Shown: piece after piece, positions 1 to 11,603 of the stretch
Position numbering within the stretch: position 1 is the stretch's first letter
How the letters are laid out: each line of letters begins with the position of its first letter
Assembly (NCBI GenBank): GCA_951406725.2
Contig: OX597817.1
Location: 130,758,001 to 130,822,000, forward strand
Origin: Octopus vulgaris
Lineage: Eukaryota
Direction: 5' to 3'
Length of the DNA stretch: 64,000 bases
The notes under the pieces: generated by a model
What the model saw: the letters and a program-made list of their open reading frames with translations, nothing else
Told to the model about the DNA's origin: nothing
Database searches by the model: none
Made by a program: the position numbers and the translations under genes

Positions 1-3000
1 AACTAAAATAGTTAACCAACCCCTGGCCGAATACAAAGGTACCCGTGACTATGCCTCTCACACGCGTTTTCCATACTGTTTCTTTTAGTATGGCTACTAC
101 GCAGAAAAAGCAAGCCTTCCTTTCCCTGTTAAAGGAAGGAGGCGGCACAATCTCGATGATAGACTCAGCTGATAGCTGTACTCTTCCCATCGGTGACAAC
201 AGTTGTTCTGTGAAAGCTATCAGTCCCGTTAATTCCGGACATTCTACAAATGCGTGCAAGACGGTTTTCTTGTCCCGCCCGCACTTCGGACATGTCGGCG
301 AGACGGCACTTCCGTGCCTTGAGTTTATTACGAACAGGTAATGCCACACGGAAGCACTGCCAATCCAGGGATTTCTGGTAATTATCCAGGTACCCCGGCC
401 CGAAAGTTCTCCTGAACAAGTCGATCAACTGATTTTCATCGTAGCCCAGAGTATCCCCCAAGGTGTATTCGGACATAATTTCCACTAACCCGCTATAAAA
501 ATCCGAGATGGAGCTCCTATTGCCGGCATTGCCCACCCGAGAGAGTAGCTGAAGTGCCTGGCAGCACTCCAATTGCCAGTCCCTCAGCCTAGGTCTCTGC
601 TTGATCCAGTTACCATATCCGGTAAGGACGTTAACTCTGGAAGGTAGAACTGGACGTGCGGTGACCACACCTGCTCTCCATCCAGGTAAAGCCAGAGGTG
701 CCTCAACCTTAACGCGAGTTTTCGGAACCTCAGCCAAGGCATCCCTAGCCCACCCTTTAGCGGTTTTTGGTAGCAGACAGAGCGCTTCACAAGTGGCTTT
801 CCTCATTTCCACAAAAAGCGGAAAAAGATTCTCTCCAACTTGTTCAGCCAAAAATCGGGGCAAGGAACCACGGTCAGACGGTAGGTGATAACCGACGCTA
901 TAAACATCTGCACCACCTCCGCCTTTCCCAGGAAGGACAACGCCCGCCCAGACCAGGTCTGGGTTAGAGCAGTCACCTTGCTGGCCACCTAACTCCAATT
1001 TTTCTCTATCTGGAGGACTGGCCCGAACCAGACTCCGAGCTGTTTAACAGGACCTTCCGTCCAACTCCCCACGACGTTATTGGACGGTATCGGCTTGCCC
1101 CTCCAAGTGCCAAGTTGCAAACCGACCGACTTGTCTTTGATAACCTTTGCTCCTGCCATCGCCTCGTAACTTTTGACAGCCTCTTCCACTGGAAGCTGGC
1201 TCTCATCCGCCATGGTGATGGAGATGTCATCCGCATATGATGACACACCATAGAGAACGCGGTGCGCCTCCTAGTGTCTCCAACATCCGCAAGAATGTTT
1301 CGAGAGCCAACACATATAAAAGCGGAGACAGGGGACACCCCTTACGCACTGAGCGCTCGATTCTGAATGGCTTCGAAAGGAAACCATTCACTTTTACGAC
1401 GGACTCGATGTCGCTGTACAACGCAGCAATCCAATCGCGGAAGGTCGGGCCCAGGCCAGCCTTCTCGAGGACCGCCGCCAAGTACCGATGGTCGACCCTA
1501 TCGAATGCCTTAGACTGGTCTAATTGTATCAGTGCCCCGCGCCAGAAAGCTTCCCCACCCTCTCTAAAGAGTACCGTACAAGGTGGAGATTGTCGTGGAT
1601 CGTCCTGCCCGGGATAGCACACGTTTGCGCTTCCCCTACAAGTCTGTCTATAACCCGCGCCAACCTTTTCGCTAGCACTTTGGCCAAAATCTTTAATTCT
1701 GTGTTCAGCAGAGTTATGGGCTTGAAATTCCCTAATTTATCCCCCTTGCTCGGGTCCTTCCTAATCAACGTCACCACCCCACAGCTCGCAGACTTAGGAA
1801 TTCTCCCATTCTGCTGCCAATTGGCGTAGACGCTGGCCAGCAGGTGTCCGAACAAGTCTGGCATACTTTTGTAAAATTCATAAGGCAGAGCCCCGGCGAC
1901 TTCTCCCCGGGGCATTCGCCCAGTACCTCGATCACTTCCTCGGCTGTAATTGTCCCTTCACAGCACTCCGCCTCCCGTGCCGAGAGACGCGAGCCACCAG
2001 ACAGGAAGTCCCTAAGGGCCTCACCATGATCAAGCACCCCGCCCTGTGAAGCACCTCACACATCTCGTCTTGTCCGTCGACCGAACACCCATTGTCATCA
2101 ACGAGAGACCTAATTGTGACATCGTTGTCACGCTGGGTTTGTACTGTACGGGCCCATCCGGCAACATTAATTCCCTCACGGCCCAATGCGTGCACTTTAG
2201 CCCAAATTCTGCACCCCTTATGTTTGGCTTTGAGGTGACGGTCCAAGGCTGTTGTCGCTGCCAAGACATGTGATGCAGAATCCAATCTCATCGCCTCTTC
2301 TAGGTCCTTAAATAGCTGCCCTTCTATTCTGGCCGTCGAGGAAACAAGCTTGCTTCCATTTCGAGCTCAGACCACGCACATTCAGACACCCAAGATTAAG
2401 TGTAGCCAAAACAAGGAAAAAAATACAAGGGTTCTACTTACCCCTCACTAGTGATGTTAGGGCTGACCTCACAACACATGAGGCAGCACTTTACTCCGCC
2501 TCCGCCTCGCCCTTCTTCAAATATCCTGGAAAGTCCAGGATACTCCTGATGGTCTTTGGACGCCTGACCTTCAGTTGCCTGTAAAGGCCTTCCCATATCC
2601 AGGCACATCTTTATCTTAAGTCCTTGTGCTGTTCAAACAGCGTGGTGGGGTTGTGGTCTATTACAATGTCCTCAATGTATTTGTCTCTAGTGTCGTATTT
2701 TACCAGGGTTTTCTGTTCGTACTCTTTCGTGTTTTCCTTTTTTTCTTTGTGGGACAAGGGGACGGGTTCGTTTCTTTTGTTTTTATGGTGTGGTGCTTCC
2801 TTTTTCGTTTTTTTTTGCTGTGAACTCCCCCTCAGCCACCTCCATGGTGTCGTCCGGGGGAGTTACATGTTCTGGTGCCACTTTAGAGGGGGTGAGTGTT
2901 TTTGACGTTGTCGGGACTGGTGTAAGCATGGTCTGGGGGTTTGGGTGTCGTGTTTGGGGGCGGGCACCACAGATAGAGGAGTGGGAATTTTTGTTTCTGT

Positions 3001-3010
3001 GGGGGCATAT
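1..3010 (-). mobile_element. Tx1-clade non-LTR retrotransposon copy 0: decayed, ORF1 C-terminus plus ORF2 with most of the endonuclease deleted; 3' end runs off the window
   Basis: Minus-strand ORF fragments with RT motifs FKPITLLNTELKILAK, LDQSKAFDRVDH, VRKGCPLSPLLY, SYADD. The ORF2 start (LNLGCLNA..SKWKQACFLD, ~2340-2410) is fused directly to the linker region. Homologous to 19151-22360. Confidence 0.9.
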
Positions 3011-3012
3011 TG

Positions 3013-4290
3013 TAATTAAAGACAAAATATATTCTCTATAGAGAAATGGTCAAATCTATCGAGGAATAAAAACTACAGAAACTAACGACGATGATATAAC
3101 TGAGTGAAGAACTTGAAAGAGTATCATGAATTTAGAAATAAGTAATTCTCTCAGAAAGACAAAAGAGGAAATATAATGGATTTACTTTTACTTTGGACAA
3201 ATATTGAAAGAATTTCGGTCAGCTTTATTTGTAAGAATTGTTTGGTGTCTGAAAATATGAAGCCCACAAAAATTAAAAACGTTTTGATTCAAGACATTCC
3301 TTTATAATAATAAGACTATAGAATTGTCTTGAAAGGCTATCAGTACACAGAAGCAATCTCTTGAGCAAGTTATTCACTCAATAGACAGAGTTAAATACTT
3401 AAGGACATCTTTTGAAGCTGCTTATTTAATTGCTGAGATAAAAGAAACCCCAAATACGAAGAACTTGCATTAGCAGCAGCAATGAAAACATCAGGAATTA
3501 TACATTGAAATAACATACATATGAATCAAAGTTAGTCTGTCAAATGATCATGTTAGTATTTGTATTTCAGAAATTAATAATGATTAATTGGAATAAATTA
3601 TGCGAAGGTTTTTAAACAACGTCTCTAAACATGCAATTCAATTAGATAAAGCAACTAAAATTACAAACTATAGTAATATAGAATAGGGTCCAGGAAGATT
3701 GGTTCGTTAGATGGAGACTTTGTAGATAAAAGTAGACGATCGTTTCTGAGAAGTAGGCCTTGAATGGTATACATGTAATGTAGTATGTAATAAAGATGCA
3801 ACAGCTATGATAAGGAGGGAAACTGGGGTTCAAGTTAAATTTTTAAAATAAAAATCCTATTTCTGTCACTTACCGCAATCTTCACTGTGTTTGTTTCTCA
3901 GAAAATATTTCCAGATACTTTTGCAATATTACAAGAAGCGGTTAAAATTATTAACGTTATTAAAATTCTTGTTTTCAATAGTTTCCTCTTCTGTGAGAAA
4001 ATGGCATCCAATTTCAGCAAAGTTTTATGAAGAACAGAAGTGTGATGGATCTGAAATGGAGAAGCTTTGAAACAATTGTTAGAACTTTAAGAAAATGAAG
4101 ACATAATATTCATGCTGGGATTAAATTCAGAGTTGTTTCACAATGAAGATTCGTTATACAAATTATTCTATTTGTCAGACATTTTTGGACAACTTAATAA
4201 ACGTAATATGTCTGTACAAAAGGGAAAAACACTGAAATTTCTTATTTAAATAAAAGATTCAAGCTTTCATTTAAGAAAAATGAAACACAT
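3013..4290 (+). mobile_element. hAT (Buster/ZBED8-like) transposase relic
   Basis: Manual translation gives LRTSFEAAYLIA, TEV*WI*NGEALKQLLEL (TEVRWLSRG-like) and KLFYLSDIFGQLNKRNMSVQ, with many stops and frameshifts. Confidence 0.7.
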
Positions 4291-6357
4291 GGTTGATCGT
4301 AAAGACAGATGCCACTTTCTCGCAGCTGAATTTCGTCGAGATACCTGTGCATCTGTCTCAATCTTCCACCACCGACCAGATATTTCTGCCATCGACCTAC
4401 ATGCTGTTAACAATGGGAACCGGCTTCTTACACACTTTAAGCTGTTGATGCTTCAAGGAGTCGAGGCTTAGGGTGCATGTCAGCTGCAGATGGACAACTA
4501 CCTTCTTTGACATTGTCGGTCTTAGGTCAGGTGAGGATGATTCTGATGGTTGTGTAGGGCTGCAACATAACACTAAGAGAGAAAGAGAGAGCGAGACAGA
4601 GAGAAAGAAAGAAAGAAAGAAAGAATTAGAGAAAGAGAGAGAGAGAGAGAGTGAAAGAAAGAGAGAAATGTTAGTGAGGAAAAGAGATGACTCAGATGGT
4701 GTTTGGATTTGACGGTAATGTCTCACCGACACGCAGAGATGTGGGAGAGGACAGCCGAATAGCTTTCCAACTGGAACAGCGATTTCCAGCAGAAGACCCG
4801 TGTTGGGAAGGCAGCCATTCTCACAGAAGTGTGCGACGCACCGGATTTGTTTCCTCATAACTCCCCGCCAAAGGGACATTATTTAATTAAATTTTCTGTA
4901 AATACGCTACAGATGGTGATCATTCTGATTATATCGGAATTTGTAGTGAAACAAATTTGTCTGGGGGCGGAAAGAAGAGTTTCGTAAAATTCACGCGAAT
5001 TGTCTGTGTTTGCTCAGAACTTTAGCAAAAATGGGTTATTTTCTAATGTAATTTTCTAAAAATACCTTTCAGAGTGTGTAAAATGCGATTATATTGGAAT
5101 TTAATGTGGAAAGAAAGAATAATGAGCAACACACACACACACACACTGGCGCACATCACAATTTTCTTCGAAATTTCAAGTTTCCTTTTGTCGATATGTG
5201 ACCTGTTGTACTATGTATGTGTAATAATCCACCAAATTAATTTTCTCATATTCATTTCCGATATAATTGTAATCGACACACTCTGAAAGGCATTTATAGA
5301 AAATTCCATTACAAATTTACTAATTTTCTGAAAGTTATGAAAAAAGCAAGACATCTTCTGTGAATTTTCCCAAACTCCTCACCCCAAAGATATAATCGCA
5401 ATTTACAGCATCAGAAGCTCAGTTTTAGAAAATATAATTTAAAATCTCCATTTTCTGGAAGCTCTGAGGCAGGAAATTCGGGTGTCAAACATCTGAAGCA
5501 ATACCGAAAGGCATTTAATATCTCCACACTGAACTCCTTCATAACCGTCGAGATGCGTCAATTTCCGTCGGTTTCCTTTCTCGTAACTGTTTCCCCGGAA
5601 CAGCTCCGTCACACATCCATGAGACCGGCCTACGATGAGTAAAAACAGTGTGTCGAGATGTTTCGGTGGTAGAGGCGTCGTCACTATGAGCTGAATTTTT
5701 CTCCGTTTGATAGCATTCACTTGTTTCCTGTTCTATTCTCATCACTTCCGGTCTGATCCCTTTCGTTCTTGAAGTTTACTTTCACAAATTTGCAGCTTAA
5801 AATAGGACGACAACCAGTGCACGGCTGCACTAAACTGCTCTTTCATTGCATATTCTTGCTCCATTCTCTTTGTAGTACACAGTCAATGGCTTATCTTTGC
5901 AGTTATCTGACCAAATGCCAATTAGAAAATAGAAAATATTAGATTGAGGGAAATGTCCATGCGTCGTGTTGAAATAATGATATTTTATGCAAGAATTTAT
6001 TCAAAAGCAACAATTATTCTTCAAAATAAAGACCAAACACAGCGCACGAACTTTTTCCTCAACTTAATATATAAATTTTAAAGCAATTAAAAAAATAAGA
6101 GGGTTCATTTAGTATGCGAGGTTTGGCTGCTATTTCTAGCAGCTGCATCCACAATAGGTGCCGTGTGGAGATTACGGGGACGAAATAAAGTGGTAAGAAT
6201 TGCTATATTAAAAAATGTGAAATGAAAACGAATCAGTGATGTGGAGAAATGTTCGATATTTATTGATATTGTTTTATAAACACTTCGATCTATTATTTAC
6301 ATTAAATCATATTTGGAAATCTTCCAATTCTGCGCAGTAAAACAGATTTTAACACAA

Positions 6358-7006
6358 AAGAAAATAATACAATTTAAAGTAAAAAGGGATCGAATAAGAG
6401 TTATTGTTCTTACCCTTTTAACGTTGACACCTCCCACTACGTTGTAAGGTGTAGAATGACTCCGCCCATTTTGCTTTCTTTATTAACTCATACCCTTCCC
6501 CTAATACTATATGTATATATCGTTCAAATCGCGTTCTCTCTCTCTCTCTCTCATTCTTTGTTACTCTGTCTCTTTCTCTTCTCTCTCCGTCTCCCACCTC
6601 ATTAATTATTCTCCCCTCCCTTGCTTAAACCCATTTCTCTTTACCTTACGAAACAAAGCATTTTTGTTCAATCACTCTCTCTCTCTCTCATAGTTTCTCT
6701 CTCTCTTCCTCCCTCCCTTACTATATATATATTGCTATACCAATCCGCCTGTCTTATCTTTCTCATGCACTCTCTTTCTCTCTCTCTCATGCTCTCTCTC
6801 TCTCATCTCTCTCTCTCATGCTCTCTCTCTTTCTCATACTCTCTCTCTCTCTGTTGCTTACACAACATATTATTCTACTTTTCTCTCTTTGTCTCCTCTC
6901 TCTCAGCACCTCATTATATATTCATATTAACCACCTCGCCCCTCTTACAGTATCGTTCGCCTCATCCTTTCCCTCAGTTACTGAAAATATATATCAATCT
7001 CTCTCT

Positions 7007-7038
<32 letters not shown>

Positions 7039-8203
7039 GCACTATCCCTTTCTTTCTCTGCACTCTCGCACATTAACATATCCCTCCCTTTACCTAGGTT
7101 TTCTTTCTTCTTTTTTCTCAGCACCTCATTCATTAATATATCCCTCCCCATCCCTAGGGTTTCTCTCTCTCACTCTTTCTTTCTTCCTTTCTCTCTCTCT
7201 CTATCTCTCGCACCTCCTTATATCTTACTCTTTCCTTCTTCCTCTCTTTTTATTTCTAAGAAACGTTACTTTCTTACAAATAAATTATATTTTCAGATTT
7301 ACCTTAAAATTTCTCTCTCGCTAATTATTTTACTAGAAGCTAATTATTTAATTAATGATTAATTACATAATTACTGTGTAGTTCATAACTGAGGAAATTA
7401 AATAGCCAAGACATTGACGGACAATTTAAGACGCATTTATTCAAAGAATAGTCCTACACATGGTTTGACATTATGCTAGAAATAACCGCCCAGTACACTC
7501 AAAGTTGCTTTGTTTTTCATACAAAACTGAAAGACAATTTAAGAAGCATTCATAAAACTTTTCCCGAATCTGGTCAGACTTCTTCCTAGAATGAGAAAAC
7601 AAGTGAAGAAGCGTGTATAAAACGTATTGTTAGTTAGGCATCTTGCTAGAAATCACAGCTCATCACACTATTCTTTATATTGTAATCATGAAGGGCACTC
7701 TAAGAAGCTTCTGGAGAAATATAGTCCAATTGGGGATCTGATGTGATACTAGATATAACAGCCAATTATGTTTAAGTTTGGTTTTGACTTTTATATAAAA
7801 ATGAAGGACACTTAGAAAATCTTCCCCTCCTTAGTCTGTATTAATACAACATCCTTCCCCTATTCCCTTCTCTAATACATGATAGACTCCCTCTCTTATC
7901 ACACACATCATTCCCTCTCCTTCTCTACTCCTCCTCTCTCCCCCCCCTCTGTCACTTATTTATGTTATTGTTTAACCCCGCCTCCATCATCCCTTGTTTT
8001 CTCTCAACTCTTACTCTCCTACCCTCACAAAGCATATATCTCATACATCATCTCTGTTTCCTTCCCCTCTCTCACTTTTTGTCTCTCTCCCTCCCTCTTT
8101 ACCACCTTATATCTCATACTATCCCTCTACCTCTTTAGTTTTCCGCCCCACGTCACAATCTCTCTCTCTTTCTAAACCTATGTATCATTCTCTCTCTCTT
8201 TTC
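6358..8203 (+). repeat. Local duplication, copy 1 (paralog at ~9715-11603)
   Basis: Near-identical blocks such as 7260-7860 vs 10800-11405 and 8010-8203 vs 11409-11603; the CT-rich interior differs in length. Confidence 0.85.
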
Positions 8204-8399
8204 TCACTTCATCATATAATATTCTATTACTACACCCCTCCTACTTTCTCTCTTACCTCATACTTCTCCTTTTATGTTAAGATTCTACTCCCTTCTACCT
8301 CCCTCTATTTCTCTCTGTCTGTCTTTTCCTCTCTTTACTATCTTGCTTTCTCTATTTCAGTCTCTCTCTTTCACCTTGTCCATTCGTATGTCTGTCTGT

Positions 8400-8433
8400 C
8401 TCTTTGTCTTTGCCTGTCTTTGTTTCTCTTTCT

Positions 8434-8485
<52 letters not shown>

Positions 8486-9445
8486 CTCATTATATATTAA
8501 CGCTCCGCCTTTTTCCTCTTTATCTCTCAACTCATAATCCTCCTCTCTTAACATTTATTCTTCTAATTCTCTCTTTCTCCCACCCTCTCTTTTTTTTTTA
8601 CCTTTCTCTCTCTCTCTCTCGCTTTCCTCCCTCTCCTTCTCCTTTTTTTACAGAATCACGTCGCCTTTCCTGTATTTCTCTTTCATTCTCTCTCTCTTTC
8701 TTTCTTTCTCATTCTTTCTTTCCTTCCTTCTTTTGTTCCTTTCCTTTCTCCCTTCTTTCGTTTCTTTCATTCTTTCCTTATTACCTTCCTTCTTTTTCTT
8801 TATTGTTTTCGTTCCTCTTTACCTTCCTTCCTCCCTTCTTTCACCCTTTTTCTCTCACTCTTTCTTTCCTTCTTCATCTCTTTCTTTCCTTCTTCCTCTC
8901 TTTCTTTCCTTCTTCCTCTCTTTCTTTCCTTCTTCCTCTTTTTCTTTCCTTCTTCCTCTCTTTCTTTCCTTCTTCCTCTCTTTCTTTCCTTCTTCCCCCC
9001 TTTCTTTCTTTTCTTCTTCCTTCCTTCCTTCTTTCTTTTCTTCATTCTTTCTGGTGCTTTGTTTCTTTTTTCCTTTCTTTTCTATATTCTCTCTTTGCCG
9101 CTCTCTCCCGCTCGTATCTCTTTCATTTCTTTCTTTCATCTTTCTTACTATATTTCTCTCTCTCCCGCTCTCATCTCATCGTTTATTACAAAATCACTTC
9201 GCTTTCCTTCTTTCTTTCTTTCTTGCTTTCTTTGTTTCTTGTTCCTTCCTTCCTTCCTTCTTTACTTCCTACTGACTATATTTTATTCTTTCTTTATTTA
9301 TATCCTTTTTCCTTCAATTCTTTCTTATTTTCTTCTGTCCTGCTTTCCTTCCTGTTTTCTTTCTTTCTTCCTTCCTTCCTACTTTCCTTCCTTCTCCCTT
9401 TCTTTCCTTCTTTCTTTTTGTCTTTCTTTCCCAACTTTTTCCACT
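8400..9445. repeat. CT-rich low-complexity polypyrimidine tract
   Basis: (CT)n, (CTTT)n and (CTTC)n arrays; source of the spurious S/L/F-rich ORFs. Confidence 0.95.
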
Positions 9446-9714
9446 GAAAGAAATAAACGATAAGAAATAGGGGTTAATATAAAGATCTTCACCGATTAAC
9501 AAAAACAAAAATTCCAAACCTGCTGGGGTTTAACAACTGCGTAGAAACGAATATGACAAAATAAAATTGCGTAAACACACCTTGCGGGAGTGGGGAGAGG
9601 ACTTTTAGAAAATTCACAAGATCCGATTTTTCCGTCATAACTTCCGGTAAAATGGATATTTATTGATTGTTGTATTTTTTCCCGGAATCGCATGTTTTCC
9701 GTTACCGAGGATCC

Positions 9715-10540
9715 AAGAAAATAATACAATTTAAAGTAAAAAGGGATGCAATAAGAGTTCTTACCCTTTCTACGTTGACACCTCCCACTACCTTGTAAAA
9801 TGTAGAATGACTCCGCCCATTTTGCTTTCTTTATTAACTCATACCCTCCCCCTAATACTAAATTTTTTTTTTTTTTTGTACAAACGCGTTCTCTCTCTCT
9901 CTGATTCTTTGTTACTCTGTCTCTTTCTCTTCTCTCTCCGTCTCCCATCTCATTAATTATTCTCCCCCTCCCTTGCTTAAACCCATTTCTCTTTACCTTA
10001 TGAAACACAAAGAACTCTCTCTCATAGTTTCTCTCTCTCTTCCTCCCTCCCTTACTATATATATATTGCTATACCAATCCGCCTGTTTATCCTTCTCAAG
10101 CTCTCTCTTTCTCTCTCTCTCATACTCTCTCTCTCTCTCTCATAGTTTCTCTCTCTCTTCCTACCTCCCTTACTATATATATATTGCTATACCAATCCGC
10201 CTGTCTTATCTTTCTCATGCTCTCTCATTCTCTCTCTCTCATACACTCTCTCTCCCTCTTATCTATGTTTCTGTCTTCCTCCTTCCCTTACTATATATAT
10301 ATTGCTATACCAATCCACCTGTCACATCTTTCTCATGTTCTCTCATACTCTCTCTCTCTCTCACGCTCTCTCTCTTTCTCATACTCTTTCTCTCTGTCGC
10401 CTACACAACATATTATTCTACTTTGTCTCCTCTCTCTCAGCACCTCATTATATATTCATATTAACCACCCCGCCCCTCTTACTGTATCTCTCGCCTCATC
10501 CTTTCCCTCAGTTACTGAAAATATAAATAAATCTCTCTCT

Positions 10541-10582
<42 letters not shown>

Positions 10583-11603
10583 GCACTATCCCTTTCTTTC
10601 TCTGCACTCTCGCACATTAACATATCCCTCCCTTTACCTAGGTTTTCTTTCTTCATTTTTCTCAGCACCTCATTCATTAATATATCCCTCCCCATCCCTA
10701 GGGTTTCTCTCTCTCACTCTTTCTTTCTTCCTTTCTCTCTCTCTCTATCTCTCGCACCTCCTTATATCTTACTCTTTCCTTCTTCCTCTCTTTTTATTTC
10801 TAAGAAACGTTACTTTCTTACAAATAAATTATATTTTCAGATTTACCTTAAAATTTCTCTCTCGCTAATCATTTTACCAGAAGCTAATTATTTAACTAAT
10901 GATTAATTACATAATTACTGTGTAGTTCATAACTGAGGAAATTAAATAGCCAAGACATTGACGGACAATTTAAGACGCATTTATTCAAAGAATAGTCCTA
11001 CACATTGTTTGACATCATGCTAGAAATAACCGCCCAGTACACTCAAAGTTGCTTTGTTTTTCATACAAAACTGAAAGATAATTTAAGAAGCATTCATAAA
11101 ACTTTTCCCGAATCTGGTCAGACTTCTTCCTAGAATGAGAAAACAAGTGAAGAAGCGTGTATAAAACGTATTGTTAGTTAGGCATTTTGCTAGAAATCAC
11201 AGCTCATCACACTATTCTTTATATTGTAATCATGAAGGGCACTCTAAGAAGCTTCTGGAGAAATATAGTCCAATTGGGGATCTAATGTGATACTAGATAT
11301 AACAGCCAAGTATGTTTAAGTTTGGTTTTGACTTTTATATAAAAATGAAGGACACTTAGAAAATCTCCCCCTCCTTAATCTGTATTAATACAACATCTTT
11401 CCCCTATTCTTACTCTCCTACCCTCACAAAGCATATATCTCATACATCATCTCTGTTTCCTTCCCCCTCTCTCACTTTTTGTCTCTCTCCCTCCCTCTTT
11501 ACCACCTTATATCTCATACTATCCCTCTACCTCTTTAGTTTTCCGCCCCACGTCACAATCTCCTTCTTTTTCTAAACCTATGTATCATTCTCTCTCTCTT
11601 TTC
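9715..11603 (+). repeat. Local duplication, copy 2; ends at the 5' junction of Tx1 copy A
   Basis: Matches 6358-8203 up to tgtatcattctctctctcttttc, then switches to Tx1 sequence ctcctaatg. Confidence 0.85.

Noticed and set aside
6511-10906. Long S/L/F-rich and K/E/R-rich ORFs (e.g. 8404-9447)
   Set aside because: Translations of CT/GA low-complexity DNA that lacks stop codons by composition.
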